DNA of 50,000 nucleotides from Lingula anatina (GCA_051362555.1 JBPQGU010000015.1:1-50000); one strand, 5' to 3'. Positions 21,185 to 36,100 are shown, numbered from the stretch's first letter. The notes: generated by a model not told the origin, from the sequence alone. Translations and numbers: made by a program.

Positions 21185-24100
21185 ACTCTCTCCACCCCCC
21201 CTCTCTCCAAATCCTGTTCTCAGGTGTGCTTTCTGGCAATCTTTAAAGCTGAAATTGGGGGCTTTAATGAAGTGACCCGGGCGCGTTTCCACATTTTTTA
21301 TGAATGTCAGGTGTGGTAAATTAATTTTCATCACTTTTTGGAAAAATTGGTGACGGGTCATTTTTGGGTGATTTTGAGAGATTTTCGTAAGGTCCGGATA
21401 TGGCAGTTTTCTTCAATTTTGGCCAGGTAGGGATGAAAAATTTTTTTCTTCAATATTGTGTCAGGTAGGTGTGTTTGGTCATTTGTAGTGAGGGTAAAGT
21501 GCTGGAAGAGTGATTGTGTCATTATTTAGGAAGAAATAGAGCAAAAACTCTCTCCACCCCCCCTCTCTCCAAATCCTGTTCTCAGGTGTGCTTTCTGGCA
21601 ATCTTTAAAGCTGAAATTGGGGGCTTTAATGAAGTGACCCGGGCGCGTTTCCACATTTTTTATGAATGTCAGGTGTGGTAAATTAATTTTCATCACTTTT
21701 TGGAAAAATTGGTGACGGGTCATTTTTGGGTGATTTTGAGAGATTTTCGTAAGGTCCGGATATGGCAGTTTTCTTCAATTTTGGCCAGGTAGGGATGAAA
21801 AATTTTTTTCTTCAATATTGTGTCAGGTAGGTGTGTTTGGTCATTTGTAGTGAGGGTAAAGTGCTGGAAGAGTGATTGTGTCATTATTTAGGAAGAAATA
21901 GAGCAAAAACTCTCTCCACCCCCCCTCTCTCCAAATCCTGTTCTCAGGTGTGCTTTCTGGCAATCTTTAAAGCTGAAATTGGGGGCTTTAATGAAGTGAC
22001 CCGGGCGCGTTTCCACATTTTTTATGAATGTCAGGTGTGGTAAATTAATTTTCATCACTTTTTGGAAAAATTGGTGACGGGTCATTTTTGGGTGATTTTG
22101 AGAGATTTTCGTAAGGTCCGGATATGGCAGTTTTCTTCAATTTTGGCCAGGTAGGGATGAAAAATTTTTTTCTTCAATATTGTGTCAGGTAGGTGTGTTT
22201 GGTCATTTGTAGTGAGGGTAAAGTGCTGGAAGAGTGATTGTGTCATTATTTAGGAAGAAATAGAGCAAAAACTCTCTCCACCCCCCCTCTCTCCAAATCC
22301 TGTTCTCAGGTGTGCTTTCTGGCAATCTTTAAAGCTGAAATTGGGGGCTTTAATGAAGTGACCCGGGCGCGTTTCCACATTTTTTATGAATGTCAGGTGT
22401 GGTAAATTAATTTTCATCACTTTTTGGAAAAATTGGTGACGGGTCATTTTTGGGTGATTTTGAGAGATTTTCGTAAGGTCCGGATATGGCAGTTTTCTTC
22501 AATTTTGGCCAGGTAGGGATGAAAAATTTTTTTCTTCAATATTGTGTCAGGTAGGTGTGTTTGGTCATTTGTAGTGAGGGTAAAGTGCTGGAAGAGTGAT
22601 TGTGTCATTATTTAGGAAGAAATAGAGCAAAAACTCTCTCCACCCCCCCTCTCTCCAAATCCTGTTCTCAGGTGTGCTTTCTGGCAATCTTTAAAGCTGA
22701 AATTGGGGGCTTTAATGAAGTGACCCGGGCGCGTTTCCACATTTTTTATGAATGTCAGGTGTGGTAAATTAATTTTCATCACTTTTTGGAAAAATTGGTG
22801 ACGGGTCATTTTTGGGTGATTTTGAGAGATTTTCGTAAGGTCCGGATATGGCAGTTTTCTTCAATTTTGGCCAGGTAGGGATGAAAAATTTTTTTCTTCA
22901 ATATTGTGTCAGGTAGGTGTGTTTGGTCATTTGTAGTGAGGGTAAAGTGCTGGAAGAGTGATTGTGTCATTATTTAGGAAGAAATAGAGCAAAAACTCTC
23001 TCCACCCCCCCTCTCTCCAAATCCTGTTCTCAGGTGTGCTTTCTGGCAATCTTTAAAGCTGAAATTGGGGGCTTTAATGAAGTGACCCGGGCGCGTTTCC
23101 ACATTTTTTATGAATGTCAGGTGTGGTAAATTAATTTTCATCACTTTTTGGAAAAATTGGTGACGGGTCATTTTTGGGTGATTTTGAGAGATTTTCGTAA
23201 GGTCCGGATATGGCAGTTTTCTTCAATTTTGGCCAGGTAGGGATGAAAAATTTTTTTCTTCAATATTGTGTCAGGTAGGTGTGTTTGGTCATTTGTAGTG
23301 AGGGTAAAGTGCTGGAAGAGTGATTGTGTCATTATTTAGGAAGAAATAGAGCAAAAACTCTCTCCACCCCCCCTCTCTCCAAATCCTGTTCTCAGGTGTG
23401 CTTTCTGGCAATCTTTAAAGCTGAAATTGGGGGCTTTAATGAAGTGACCCGGGCGCGTTTCCACATTTTTTATGAATGTCAGGTGTGGTAAATTAATTTT
23501 CATCACTTTTTGGAAAAATTGGTGACGGGTCATTTTTGGGTGATTTTGAGAGATTTTCGTAAGGTCCGGATATGGCAGTTTTCTTCAATTTTGGCCAGGT
23601 AGGGATGAAAAATTTTTTTCTTCAATATTGTGTCAGGTAGGTGTGTTTGGTCATTTGTAGTGAGGGTAAAGTGCTGGAAGAGTGATTGTGTCATTATTTA
23701 GGAAGAAATAGAGCAAAAACTCTCTCCACCCCCCCTCTCTCCAAATCCTGTTCTCAGGTGTGCTTTCTGGCAATCTTTAAAGCTGAAATTGGGGGCTTTA
23801 ATGAAGTGACCCGGGCGCGTTTCCACATTTTTTATGAATGTCAGGTGTGGTAAATTAATTTTCATCACTTTTTGGAAAAATTGGTGACGGGTCATTTTTG
23901 GGTGATTTTGAGAGATTTTCGTAAGGTCCGGATATGGCAGTTTTCTTCAATTTTGGCCAGGTAGGGATGAAAAATTTTTTTCTTCAATATTGTGTCAGGT
24001 AGGTGTGTTTGGTCATTTGTAGTGAGGGTAAAGTGCTGGAAGAGTGATTGTGTCATTATTTAGGAAGAAATAGAGCAAAAACTCTCTCCACCCCCCCTCT

Positions 24101-27100
24101 CTCCAAATCCTGTTCTCAGGTGTGCTTTCTGGCAATCTTTAAAGCTGAAATTGGGGGCTTTAATGAAGTGACCCGGGCGCGTTTCCACATTTTTTATGAA
24201 TGTCAGGTGTGGTAAATTAATTTTCATCACTTTTTGGAAAAATTGGTGACGGGTCATTTTTGGGTGATTTTGAGAGATTTTCGTAAGGTCCGGATATGGC
24301 AGTTTTCTTCAATTTTGGCCAGGTAGGGATGAAAAATTTTTTTCTTCAATATTGTGTCAGGTAGGTGTGTTTGGTCATTTGTAGTGAGGGTAAAGTGCTG
24401 GAAGAGTGATTGTGTCATTATTTAGGAAGAAATAGAGCAAAAACTCTCTCCACCCCCCCTCTCTCCAAATCCTGTTCTCAGGTGTGCTTTCTGGCAATCT
24501 TTAAAGCTGAAATTGGGGGCTTTAATGAAGTGACCCGGGCGCGTTTCCACATTTTTTATGAATGTCAGGTGTGGTAAATTAATTTTCATCACTTTTTGGA
24601 AAAATTGGTGACGGGTCATTTTTGGGTGATTTTGAGAGATTTTCGTAAGGTCCGGATATGGCAGTTTTCTTCAATTTTGGCCAGGTAGGGATGAAAAATT
24701 TTTTTCTTCAATATTGTGTCAGGTAGGTGTGTTTGGTCATTTGTAGTGAGGGTAAAGTGCTGGAAGAGTGATTGTGTCATTATTTAGGAAGAAATAGAGC
24801 AAAAACTCTCTCCACCCCCCCTCTCTCCAAATCCTGTTCTCAGGTGTGCTTTCTGGCAATCTTTAAAGCTGAAATTGGGGGCTTTAATGAAGTGACCCGG
24901 GCGCGTTTCCACATTTTTTATGAATGTCAGGTGTGGTAAATTAATTTTCATCACTTTTTGGAAAAATTGGTGACGGGTCATTTTTGGGTGATTTTGAGAG
25001 ATTTTCGTAAGGTCCGGATATGGCAGTTTTCTTCAATTTTGGCCAGGTAGGGATGAAAAATTTTTTTCTTCAATATTGTGTCAGGTAGGTGTGTTTGGTC
25101 ATTTGTAGTGAGGGTAAAGTGCTGGAAGAGTGATTGTGTCATTATTTAGGAAGAAATAGAGCAAAAACTCTCTCCACCCCCCCTCTCTCCAAATCCTGTT
25201 CTCAGGTGTGCTTTCTGGCAATCTTTAAAGCTGAAATTGGGGGCTTTAATGAAGTGACCCGGGCGCGTTTCCACATTTTTTATGAATGTCAGGTGTGGTA
25301 AATTAATTTTCATCACTTTTTGGAAAAATTGGTGACGGGTCATTTTTGGGTGATTTTGAGAGATTTTCGTAAGGTCCGGATATGGCAGTTTTCTTCAATT
25401 TTGGCCAGGTAGGGATGAAAAATTTTTTTCTTCAATATTGTGTCAGGTAGGTGTGTTTGGTCATTTGTAGTGAGGGTAAAGTGCTGGAAGAGTGATTGTG
25501 TCATTATTTAGGAAGAAATAGAGCAAAAACTCTCTCCACCCCCCCTCTCTCCAAATCCTGTTCTCAGGTGTGCTTTCTGGCAATCTTTAAAGCTGAAATT
25601 GGGGGCTTTAATGAAGTGACCCGGGCGCGTTTCCACATTTTTTATGAATGTCAGGTGTGGTAAATTAATTTTCATCACTTTTTGGAAAAATTGGTGACGG
25701 GTCATTTTTGGGTGATTTTGAGAGATTTTCGTAAGGTCCGGATATGGCAGTTTTCTTCAATTTTGGCCAGGTAGGGATGAAAAATTTTTTTCTTCAATAT
25801 TGTGTCAGGTAGGTGTGTTTGGTCATTTGTAGTGAGGGTAAAGTGCTGGAAGAGTGATTGTGTCATTATTTAGGAAGAAATAGAGCAAAAACTCTCTCCA
25901 CCCCCCCTCTCTCCAAATCCTGTTCTCAGGTGTGCTTTCTGGCAATCTTTAAAGCTGAAATTGGGGGCTTTAATGAAGTGACCCGGGCGCGTTTCCACAT
26001 TTTTTATGAATGTCAGGTGTGGTAAATTAATTTTCATCACTTTTTGGAAAAATTGGTGACGGGTCATTTTTGGGTGATTTTGAGAGATTTTCGTAAGGTC
26101 CGGATATGGCAGTTTTCTTCAATTTTGGCCAGGTAGGGATGAAAAATTTTTTTCTTCAATATTGTGTCAGGTAGGTGTGTTTGGTCATTTGTAGTGAGGG
26201 TAAAGTGCTGGAAGAGTGATTGTGTCATTATTTAGGAAGAAATAGAGCAAAAACTCTCTCCACCCCCCCTCTCTCCAAATCCTGTTCTCAGGTGTGCTTT
26301 CTGGCAATCTTTAAAGCTGAAATTGGGGGCTTTAATGAAGTGACCCGGGCGCGTTTCCACATTTTTTATGAATGTCAGGTGTGGTAAATTAATTTTCATC
26401 ACTTTTTGGAAAAATTGGTGACGGGTCATTTTTGGGTGATTTTGAGAGATTTTCGTAAGGTCCGGATATGGCAGTTTTCTTCAATTTTGGCCAGGTAGGG
26501 ATGAAAAATTTTTTTCTTCAATATTGTGTCAGGTAGGTGTGTTTGGTCATTTGTAGTGAGGGTAAAGTGCTGGAAGAGTGATTGTGTCATTATTTAGGAA
26601 GAAATAGAGCAAAAACTCTCTCCACCCCCCCTCTCTCCAAATCCTGTTCTCAGGTGTGCTTTCTGGCAATCTTTAAAGCTGAAATTGGGGGCTTTAATGA
26701 AGTGACCCGGGCGCGTTTCCACATTTTTTATGAATGTCAGGTGTGGTAAATTAATTTTCATCACTTTTTGGAAAAATTGGTGACGGGTCATTTTTGGGTG
26801 ATTTTGAGAGATTTTCGTAAGGTCCGGATATGGCAGTTTTCTTCAATTTTGGCCAGGTAGGGATGAAAAATTTTTTTCTTCAATATTGTGTCAGGTAGGT
26901 GTGTTTGGTCATTTGTAGTGAGGGTAAAGTGCTGGAAGAGTGATTGTGTCATTATTTAGGAAGAAATAGAGCAAAAACTCTCTCCACCCCCCCTCTCTCC
27001 AAATCCTGTTCTCAGGTGTGCTTTCTGGCAATCTTTAAAGCTGAAATTGGGGGCTTTAATGAAGTGACCCGGGCGCGTTTCCACATTTTTTATGAATGTC

Positions 27101-30100
27101 AGGTGTGGTAAATTAATTTTCATCACTTTTTGGAAAAATTGGTGACGGGTCATTTTTGGGTGATTTTGAGAGATTTTCGTAAGGTCCGGATATGGCAGTT
27201 TTCTTCAATTTTGGCCAGGTAGGGATGAAAAATTTTTTTCTTCAATATTGTGTCAGGTAGGTGTGTTTGGTCATTTGTAGTGAGGGTAAAGTGCTGGAAG
27301 AGTGATTGTGTCATTATTTAGGAAGAAATAGAGCAAAAACTCTCTCCACCCCCCCTCTCTCCAAATCCTGTTCTCAGGTGTGCTTTCTGGCAATCTTTAA
27401 AGCTGAAATTGGGGGCTTTAATGAAGTGACCCGGGCGCGTTTCCACATTTTTTATGAATGTCAGGTGTGGTAAATTAATTTTCATCACTTTTTGGAAAAA
27501 TTGGTGACGGGTCATTTTTGGGTGATTTTGAGAGATTTTCGTAAGGTCCGGATATGGCAGTTTTCTTCAATTTTGGCCAGGTAGGGATGAAAAATTTTTT
27601 TCTTCAATATTGTGTCAGGTAGGTGTGTTTGGTCATTTGTAGTGAGGGTAAAGTGCTGGAAGAGTGATTGTGTCATTATTTAGGAAGAAATAGAGCAAAA
27701 ACTCTCTCCACCCCCCCTCTCTCCAAATCCTGTTCTCAGGTGTGCTTTCTGGCAATCTTTAAAGCTGAAATTGGGGGCTTTAATGAAGTGACCCGGGCGC
27801 GTTTCCACATTTTTTATGAATGTCAGGTGTGGTAAATTAATTTTCATCACTTTTTGGAAAAATTGGTGACGGGTCATTTTTGGGTGATTTTGAGAGATTT
27901 TCGTAAGGTCCGGATATGGCAGTTTTCTTCAATTTTGGCCAGGTAGGGATGAAAAATTTTTTTCTTCAATATTGTGTCAGGTAGGTGTGTTTGGTCATTT
28001 GTAGTGAGGGTAAAGTGCTGGAAGAGTGATTGTGTCATTATTTAGGAAGAAATAGAGCAAAAACTCTCTCCACCCCCCCTCTCTCCAAATCCTGTTCTCA
28101 GGTGTGCTTTCTGGCAATCTTTAAAGCTGAAATTGGGGGCTTTAATGAAGTGACCCGGGCGCGTTTCCACATTTTTTATGAATGTCAGGTGTGGTAAATT
28201 AATTTTCATCACTTTTTGGAAAAATTGGTGACGGGTCATTTTTGGGTGATTTTGAGAGATTTTCGTAAGGTCCGGATATGGCAGTTTTCTTCAATTTTGG
28301 CCAGGTAGGGATGAAAAATTTTTTTCTTCAATATTGTGTCAGGTAGGTGTGTTTGGTCATTTGTAGTGAGGGTAAAGTGCTGGAAGAGTGATTGTGTCAT
28401 TATTTAGGAAGAAATAGAGCAAAAACTCTCTCCACCCCCCCTCTCTCCAAATCCTGTTCTCAGGTGTGCTTTCTGGCAATCTTTAAAGCTGAAATTGGGG
28501 GCTTTAATGAAGTGACCCGGGCGCGTTTCCACATTTTTTATGAATGTCAGGTGTGGTAAATTAATTTTCATCACTTTTTGGAAAAATTGGTGACGGGTCA
28601 TTTTTGGGTGATTTTGAGAGATTTTCGTAAGGTCCGGATATGGCAGTTTTCTTCAATTTTGGCCAGGTAGGGATGAAAAATTTTTTTCTTCAATATTGTG
28701 TCAGGTAGGTGTGTTTGGTCATTTGTAGTGAGGGTAAAGTGCTGGAAGAGTGATTGTGTCATTATTTAGGAAGAAATAGAGCAAAAACTCTCTCCACCCC
28801 CCCTCTCTCCAAATCCTGTTCTCAGGTGTGCTTTCTGGCAATCTTTAAAGCTGAAATTGGGGGCTTTAATGAAGTGACCCGGGCGCGTTTCCACATTTTT
28901 TATGAATGTCAGGTGTGGTAAATTAATTTTCATCACTTTTTGGAAAAATTGGTGACGGGTCATTTTTGGGTGATTTTGAGAGATTTTCGTAAGGTCCGGA
29001 TATGGCAGTTTTCTTCAATTTTGGCCAGGTAGGGATGAAAAATTTTTTTCTTCAATATTGTGTCAGGTAGGTGTGTTTGGTCATTTGTAGTGAGGGTAAA
29101 GTGCTGGAAGAGTGATTGTGTCATTATTTAGGAAGAAATAGAGCAAAAACTCTCTCCACCCCCCCTCTCTCCAAATCCTGTTCTCAGGTGTGCTTTCTGG
29201 CAATCTTTAAAGCTGAAATTGGGGGCTTTAATGAAGTGACCCGGGCGCGTTTCCACATTTTTTATGAATGTCAGGTGTGGTAAATTAATTTTCATCACTT
29301 TTTGGAAAAATTGGTGACGGGTCATTTTTGGGTGATTTTGAGAGATTTTCGTAAGGTCCGGATATGGCAGTTTTCTTCAATTTTGGCCAGGTAGGGATGA
29401 AAAATTTTTTTCTTCAATATTGTGTCAGGTAGGTGTGTTTGGTCATTTGTAGTGAGGGTAAAGTGCTGGAAGAGTGATTGTGTCATTATTTAGGAAGAAA
29501 TAGAGCAAAAACTCTCTCCACCCCCCCTCTCTCCAAATCCTGTTCTCAGGTGTGCTTTCTGGCAATCTTTAAAGCTGAAATTGGGGGCTTTAATGAAGTG
29601 ACCCGGGCGCGTTTCCACATTTTTTATGAATGTCAGGTGTGGTAAATTAATTTTCATCACTTTTTGGAAAAATTGGTGACGGGTCATTTTTGGGTGATTT
29701 TGAGAGATTTTCGTAAGGTCCGGATATGGCAGTTTTCTTCAATTTTGGCCAGGTAGGGATGAAAAATTTTTTTCTTCAATATTGTGTCAGGTAGGTGTGT
29801 TTGGTCATTTGTAGTGAGGGTAAAGTGCTGGAAGAGTGATTGTGTCATTATTTAGGAAGAAATAGAGCAAAAACTCTCTCCACCCCCCCTCTCTCCAAAT
29901 CCTGTTCTCAGGTGTGCTTTCTGGCAATCTTTAAAGCTGAAATTGGGGGCTTTAATGAAGTGACCCGGGCGCGTTTCCACATTTTTTATGAATGTCAGGT
30001 GTGGTAAATTAATTTTCATCACTTTTTGGAAAAATTGGTGACGGGTCATTTTTGGGTGATTTTGAGAGATTTTCGTAAGGTCCGGATATGGCAGTTTTCT

Positions 30101-33100
30101 TCAATTTTGGCCAGGTAGGGATGAAAAATTTTTTTCTTCAATATTGTGTCAGGTAGGTGTGTTTGGTCATTTGTAGTGAGGGTAAAGTGCTGGAAGAGTG
30201 ATTGTGTCATTATTTAGGAAGAAATAGAGCAAAAACTCTCTCCACCCCCCCTCTCTCCAAATCCTGTTCTCAGGTGTGCTTTCTGGCAATCTTTAAAGCT
30301 GAAATTGGGGGCTTTAATGAAGTGACCCGGGCGCGTTTCCACATTTTTTATGAATGTCAGGTGTGGTAAATTAATTTTCATCACTTTTTGGAAAAATTGG
30401 TGACGGGTCATTTTTGGGTGATTTTGAGAGATTTTCGTAAGGTCCGGATATGGCAGTTTTCTTCAATTTTGGCCAGGTAGGGATGAAAAATTTTTTTCTT
30501 CAATATTGTGTCAGGTAGTGTGTGTTTGGTCATTTGTAGTGAGGGTAAAGTGCTGGAAGAGTGATTGTGTCATTATTTAGGAAGAAATAGAGCAAAAACT
30601 CTCTCCACCCCCCCTCTCTCCAAATCCTGTTCTCAGGTGTGCTTTCTGGCAATCTTTAAAGCTGAAATTGGGGGCTTTAATGAAGTGACCCGGGCGCGTT
30701 TCCACATTTTTTATGAATGTCAGGTGTGGTAAATTAATTTTCATCACTTTTTGGAAAAATTGGTGACGGGTCATTTTTGGGTGATTTTGAGAGATTTTCG
30801 TAAGGTCCGGATATGGCAGTTTTCTTCAATTTTGGCCAGGTAGGGATGAAAAATTTTTTTCTTCAATATTGTGTCAGGTGGTGTGTTTGGTCATTTGTAG
30901 TGAGGGTAAAGTGCTGGAAGAGTGATTGTGTCATTATTTAGGAAGAAATAGAGCAAAAACTCTCTCCACCCCCCCTCTCTCCAAATCCTGTTCTCAGGTG
31001 TGCTTTCTGGCAATCTTTAAAGCTGAAATTGGGGGCTTTAATGAAGTGACCCGGGCGCGTTTCCACATTTTTTATGAATGTCAGGTGTGGTAAATTAATT
31101 TTCATCACTTTTTGGAAAAATTGGTGACGGGTCATTTTTGGGTGATTTTGAGAGATTTTCGTAAGGTCCGGATATGGCAGTTTTCTTCAATTTTGGCCAG
31201 GTAGGGATGAAAAATTTTTTTCTTCAATATTGTGTCAGGTGTGTGTGTTTGGTCATTTGTAGTGAGGGTAAAGTGCTGGAAGAGTGATTGTGTCATTATT
31301 TAGGAAGAAATAGAGCAAAAACTCTCTCCACCCCCCCTCTCTCCAAATCCTGTTCTCAGGTGTGCTTTCTGGCAATCTTTAAAGCTGAAATTGGGGGCTT
31401 TAATGAAGTGACCCGGGCGCGTTTCCACATTTTTTATGAATGTCAGGTGTGGTAAATTAATTTTCATCACTTTTTGGAAAAATTGGTGACGGGTCATTTT
31501 TGGGTGATTTTGAGAGATTTTCGTAAGGTCCGGATATGGCAGTTTTCTTCAATTTTGGCCAGGTAGGGATGAAAAATTTTTTTCTTCAATATTGTGTCAG
31601 GTGTGTGTGTTTGGTCATTTGTAGTGAGGGTAAAGTGCTGGAAGAGTGATTGTGTCATTATTTAGGAAGAAATAGAGCAAAAACTCTCTCCACCCCCCCT
31701 CTCTCCAAATCCTGTTCTCAGGTGTGCTTTCTGGCAATCTTTAAAGCTGAAATTGGGGGCTTTAATGAAGTGACCCGGGCGCGTTTCCACATTTTTTATG
31801 AATGTCAGGTGTGGTAAATTAATTTTCATCACTTTTTGGAAAAATTGGTGACGGGTCATTTTTGGGTGATTTTGAGAGATTTTCGTAAGGTCCGGATATG
31901 GCAGTTTTCTTCAATTTTGGCCAGGTAGGGATGAAAAATTTTTTTCTTCAATATTGTGTCAGGTGTGTGTGTTTGGTCATTTGTAGTGAGGGTAAAGTGC
32001 TGGAAGAGTGATTGTGTCATTATTTAGGAAGAAATAGAGCAAAAACTCTCTCCACCCCCCCTCTCTCCAAATCCTGTTCTCAGGTGTGCTTTCTGGCAAT
32101 CTTTAAAGCTGAAATTGGGGGCTTTAATGAAGTGACCCGGGCGCGTTTCCACATTTTTTATGAATGTCAGGTGTGGTAAATTAATTTTCATCACTTTTTG
32201 GAAAAATTGGTGACGGGTCATTTTTGGGTGATTTTGAGAGATTTTCGTAAGGTCCGGATATGGCAGTTTTCTTCAATTTTGGCCAGGTAGGGATGAAAAA
32301 TTTTTTTCTTCAATATTGTGTCAGGTAGTGTGTGTTTGGTCATTTGTAGTGAGGGTAAAGTGCTGGAAGAGTGATTGTGTCATTATTTAAGAAGAAATAG
32401 AGCAAAAACTCTCTCCACCCCCCCTCTCTCCAAATCCTGTTCTCAGGTGTGCTTTCTGGCAATCTTTAAAGCTGAAATTGGGGGCTTTAATGAAGTGACC
32501 CGGGCGCGTTTTCCACATTTTTTATGAATGTCAGGTGTGGTAAATTAATTTTCATCACTTTTGGAAAAAATTGGTGACGGGTCATTTTTTGGGTGATTTT
32601 GAGAGATTTTCGTAAGGTCCGGATATGGCAGTTTTCTTCAATTTTGGCCAGGTAGGATGAAAAATTTTTTTCTTCAATATTGTGTCAGGTAGGTGTGTTT
32701 GGTCATTTGTAGTGAGGGTAAAGTGCTGGAAGAGTGATTGTGTCATTATTTAAGAAGAAATAGAGCCAAAAACTCTCTCACCCCCCCCTCTCTCCAAATC
32801 CTGTTCTCAGGTGTGCTTTCTGGCAATCTTTAAAGCTGAAATTGGGGCTTAATGAAGTGACCCGGGCCGTTTCCACATTTTTTATGAATGTCAGGTGTGG
32901 TAAATTAATTTTCATCACTTTTTGGAAAAATTGGTGACGGGTCATTTTTGGGTGATTTTGAGAGATTTTCGTAAGGTCCGGATATGGCAGTTTTCTTCAA
33001 TTTTGGCCAGGTAGGGATGAAAAATTTTTTTCTTCAATATTGTGTCAGGTGTGTGTGTTTGGTCATTTGTAGTGAGGGTAAAGTGCTGGAAGAGTGATTG

Positions 33101-36100
33101 TGTCATTATTTAGGAAGAAATAGAGCAAAAACTCTCTCCACCCCCCCTCTCTCCAAATCCTGTTCTCAGGTGTGCTTTCTGGCAATCTTTAAAGCTGAAA
33201 TTGGGGGCTTTAATGAAGTGACCCGGGCGCGTTTCCACATTTTTTATGAATGTCAGGTGTGGTAAATTAATTTTCATCACTTTTTGGAAAAATTGGTGAC
33301 GGGTCATTTTTGGGTGATTTTGAGAGATTTTCGTAAGGTCCGGATATGGCAGTTTTCTTCAATTTTGGCCAGGTAGGGATGAAAAATTTTTTTCTTCAAT
33401 ATTGTGTCAGGTAGGTGTGTTTGGTCATTTGTAGTGAGGGTAAAGTGCTGGAAGAGTGATTGTGTCATTATTTAGGAAGAAATAGAGCAAAAACTCTCTC
33501 CACCCCCCCTCTCTCCAAATCCTGTTCTCAGGTGTGCTTTCTGGCAATCTTTAAAGCTGAAATTGGGGGCTTTAATGAAGTGACCCGGGCGCGTTTCCAC
33601 ATTTTTTATGAATGTCAGGTGTGGTAAATTAATTTTCATCACTTTTTGGAAAAATTGGTGACGGGTCATTTTTGGGTGATTTTGAGAGATTTTCGTAAGG
33701 TCCGGATATGGCAGTTTTCTTCAATTTTGGCCAGGTAGGGATGAAAAATTTTTTTCTTCAATATTGTGTCAGGTGTGTGTGTTTGGTCATTTGTAGTGAG
33801 GGTAAAGTGCTGGAAGAGTGATTGTGTCATTATTTAGGAAGAAATAGAGCAAAAACTCTCTCCACCCCCCCTCTCTCCAAATCCTGTTCTCAGGTGTGCT
33901 TTCTGGCAATCTTTAAAGCTGAAATTGGGGGCTTTAATGAAGTGACCCGGGCGCGTTTCCACATTTTTTATGAATGTCAGGTGTGGTAAATTAATTTTCA
34001 TCACTTTTTGGAAAAATTGGTGACGGGTCATTTTTGGGTGATTTTGAGAGATTTTCGTAAGGTCCGGATATGGCAGTTTTCTTCAATTTTTTCCAGGTAG
34101 GGATGAAAAATTTTTTTCTTCAATATTGTGTCAGGTGTGTGTGTTTGGTCATTTGTAGTGAGGGTAAAGTGCTGGAAGAGTGATTGTGTCATTATTTAGG
34201 AAGAAATAGAGCAAAAACTCTCTCCACCCCCCCTCTCTCCAAATCCTGTTCTCAGGTGTGCTTTCTGGCAATCTTTAAAGCTGAAATTGGGGGCTTTAAT
34301 GAAGTGACCCGGGCGCGTTTCCACATTTTTTATGAATGTCAGGTGTGGTAAATTAATTTTCATCACTTTTTGGAAAAATTGGTGACGGGTCATTTTTGGG
34401 TGATTTTGAGAGATTTTCGTAAGGTCCGGATATGGCAGTTTTCTTCAATTTTGGCCAGGTAGGGATGAAAAATTTTTTTCTTCAATATTGTGTCAGGTAG
34501 GTGTGTTTGGTCATTTGTAGTGAGGGTAAAGTGCTGGAAGAGTGATTGTGTCATTATTTAGGAAGAAATAGAGCAAAAACTCTCTCCACCCCCCCTCTCT
34601 CCAAATCCTGTTCTCAGGTGTGCTTTCTGGCAATCTTTAAAGCTGAAATTGGGGGCTTTAATGAAGTGACCCGGGCGCGTTTCCACATTTTTTATGAATG
34701 TCAGGTGTGGTAAATTAATTTTCATCACTTTTTGGAAAAATTGGTGACGGGTCATTTTTGGGTGATTTTGAGAGATTTTCGTAAGGTCCGGATATGGCAG
34801 TTTTCTTCAATTTTGGCCAGGTAGGGATGAAAAATTTTTTTCTTCAATATTGTGTCAGGTAGGTGTGTTTGGTCATTTGTAGTGAGGGTAAAGTGCTGGA
34901 AGAGTGATTGTGTCATTATTTAGGAAGAAATAGAGCAAAAACTCTCTCCACCCCCCCTCTCTCCAAATCCTGTTCTCAGGTGTGCTTTCTGGCAATCTTT
35001 AATGCTGAAATTGGGGGCTTTAATGAAGTGACCCGGGCGCGTTTCCACATTTTTTATGAATGTCAGGTGTGGTAAATTAATTTTCATCACTTTTTGGAAA
35101 AATTGGTGACGGGTCATTTTTGGGTGATTTTGAGAGATTTTCGTAAGGTCCGGATATGGCAGTTTTCTTCAATTTTGGCCAGGTAGGGATGAAAAATTTT
35201 TTTCTTCAATATTGTGTCAGGTAGGTGTGTTTGGTCATTTGTAGTGAGGGTAAAGTGCTGGAAGAGTGATTGTGTCATTATTTAGGAAGAAATAGAGCAA
35301 AAACTCTCTCCACCCCCCCTCTCTCCAAATCCTGTTCTCAGGTGTGCTTTCTGGCAATCTTTAAAGCTGAAATTGGGGGCTTTAATGAAGTGACCCGGGC
35401 GCGTTTCCACATTTTTTATGAATGTCAGGTGTGGTAAATTAATTTTCATCACTTTTTGGAAAAATTGGTGACGGGTCATTTTTGGGTGATTTTGAGAGAT
35501 TTTCGTAAGGTCCGGATATGGCAGTTTTCTTCAATTTTGGCCAGGTAGGGATGAAAAATTTTTTTCTTCAATATTGTGTCAGGTGTGTGTGTTTGGTCAT
35601 TTGTAGTGAGGGTAAAGTGCTGGAAGAGTGATTGTGTCATTATTTAGGAAGAAATAGAGCAAAAACTCTCTCCACCCCCCCTCTCTCCAAATCCTGTTCT
35701 CAGGTGTGCTTTCTGGCAATCTTTAAAGCTGAAATTGGGGGCTTTAATGAAGTGACCCGGGCGCGTTTCCACATTTTTTATGAATGTCAGGTGTGGTAAA
35801 TTAATTTTCATCACTTTTTGGAAAAATTGGTGACGGGTCATTTTTGGGTGATTTTGAGAGATTTTCGTAAGGTCCGGATATGGCAGTTTTCTTCAATTTT
35901 GGCCAGGTAGGGATGAAAAATTTTTTTCTTCAATATTGTGTCAGGTGTGTGTGTTTGGTCATTTGTAGTGAGGGTAAAGTGCTGGAAGAGTGATTGTGTC
36001 ATTATTTAGGAAGAAATAGAGCAAAAACTCTCTCCACCCCCCCTCTCTCCAAATCCTGTTCTCAGGTGTGCTTTCTGGCAATCTTTAAAGCTGAAATTGG

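Noticed and set aside
32300-32900. Cluster of single-base indels in two satellite copies
   Set aside because: They are mostly homopolymer-length changes, probably low-coverage consensus errors rather than biology.
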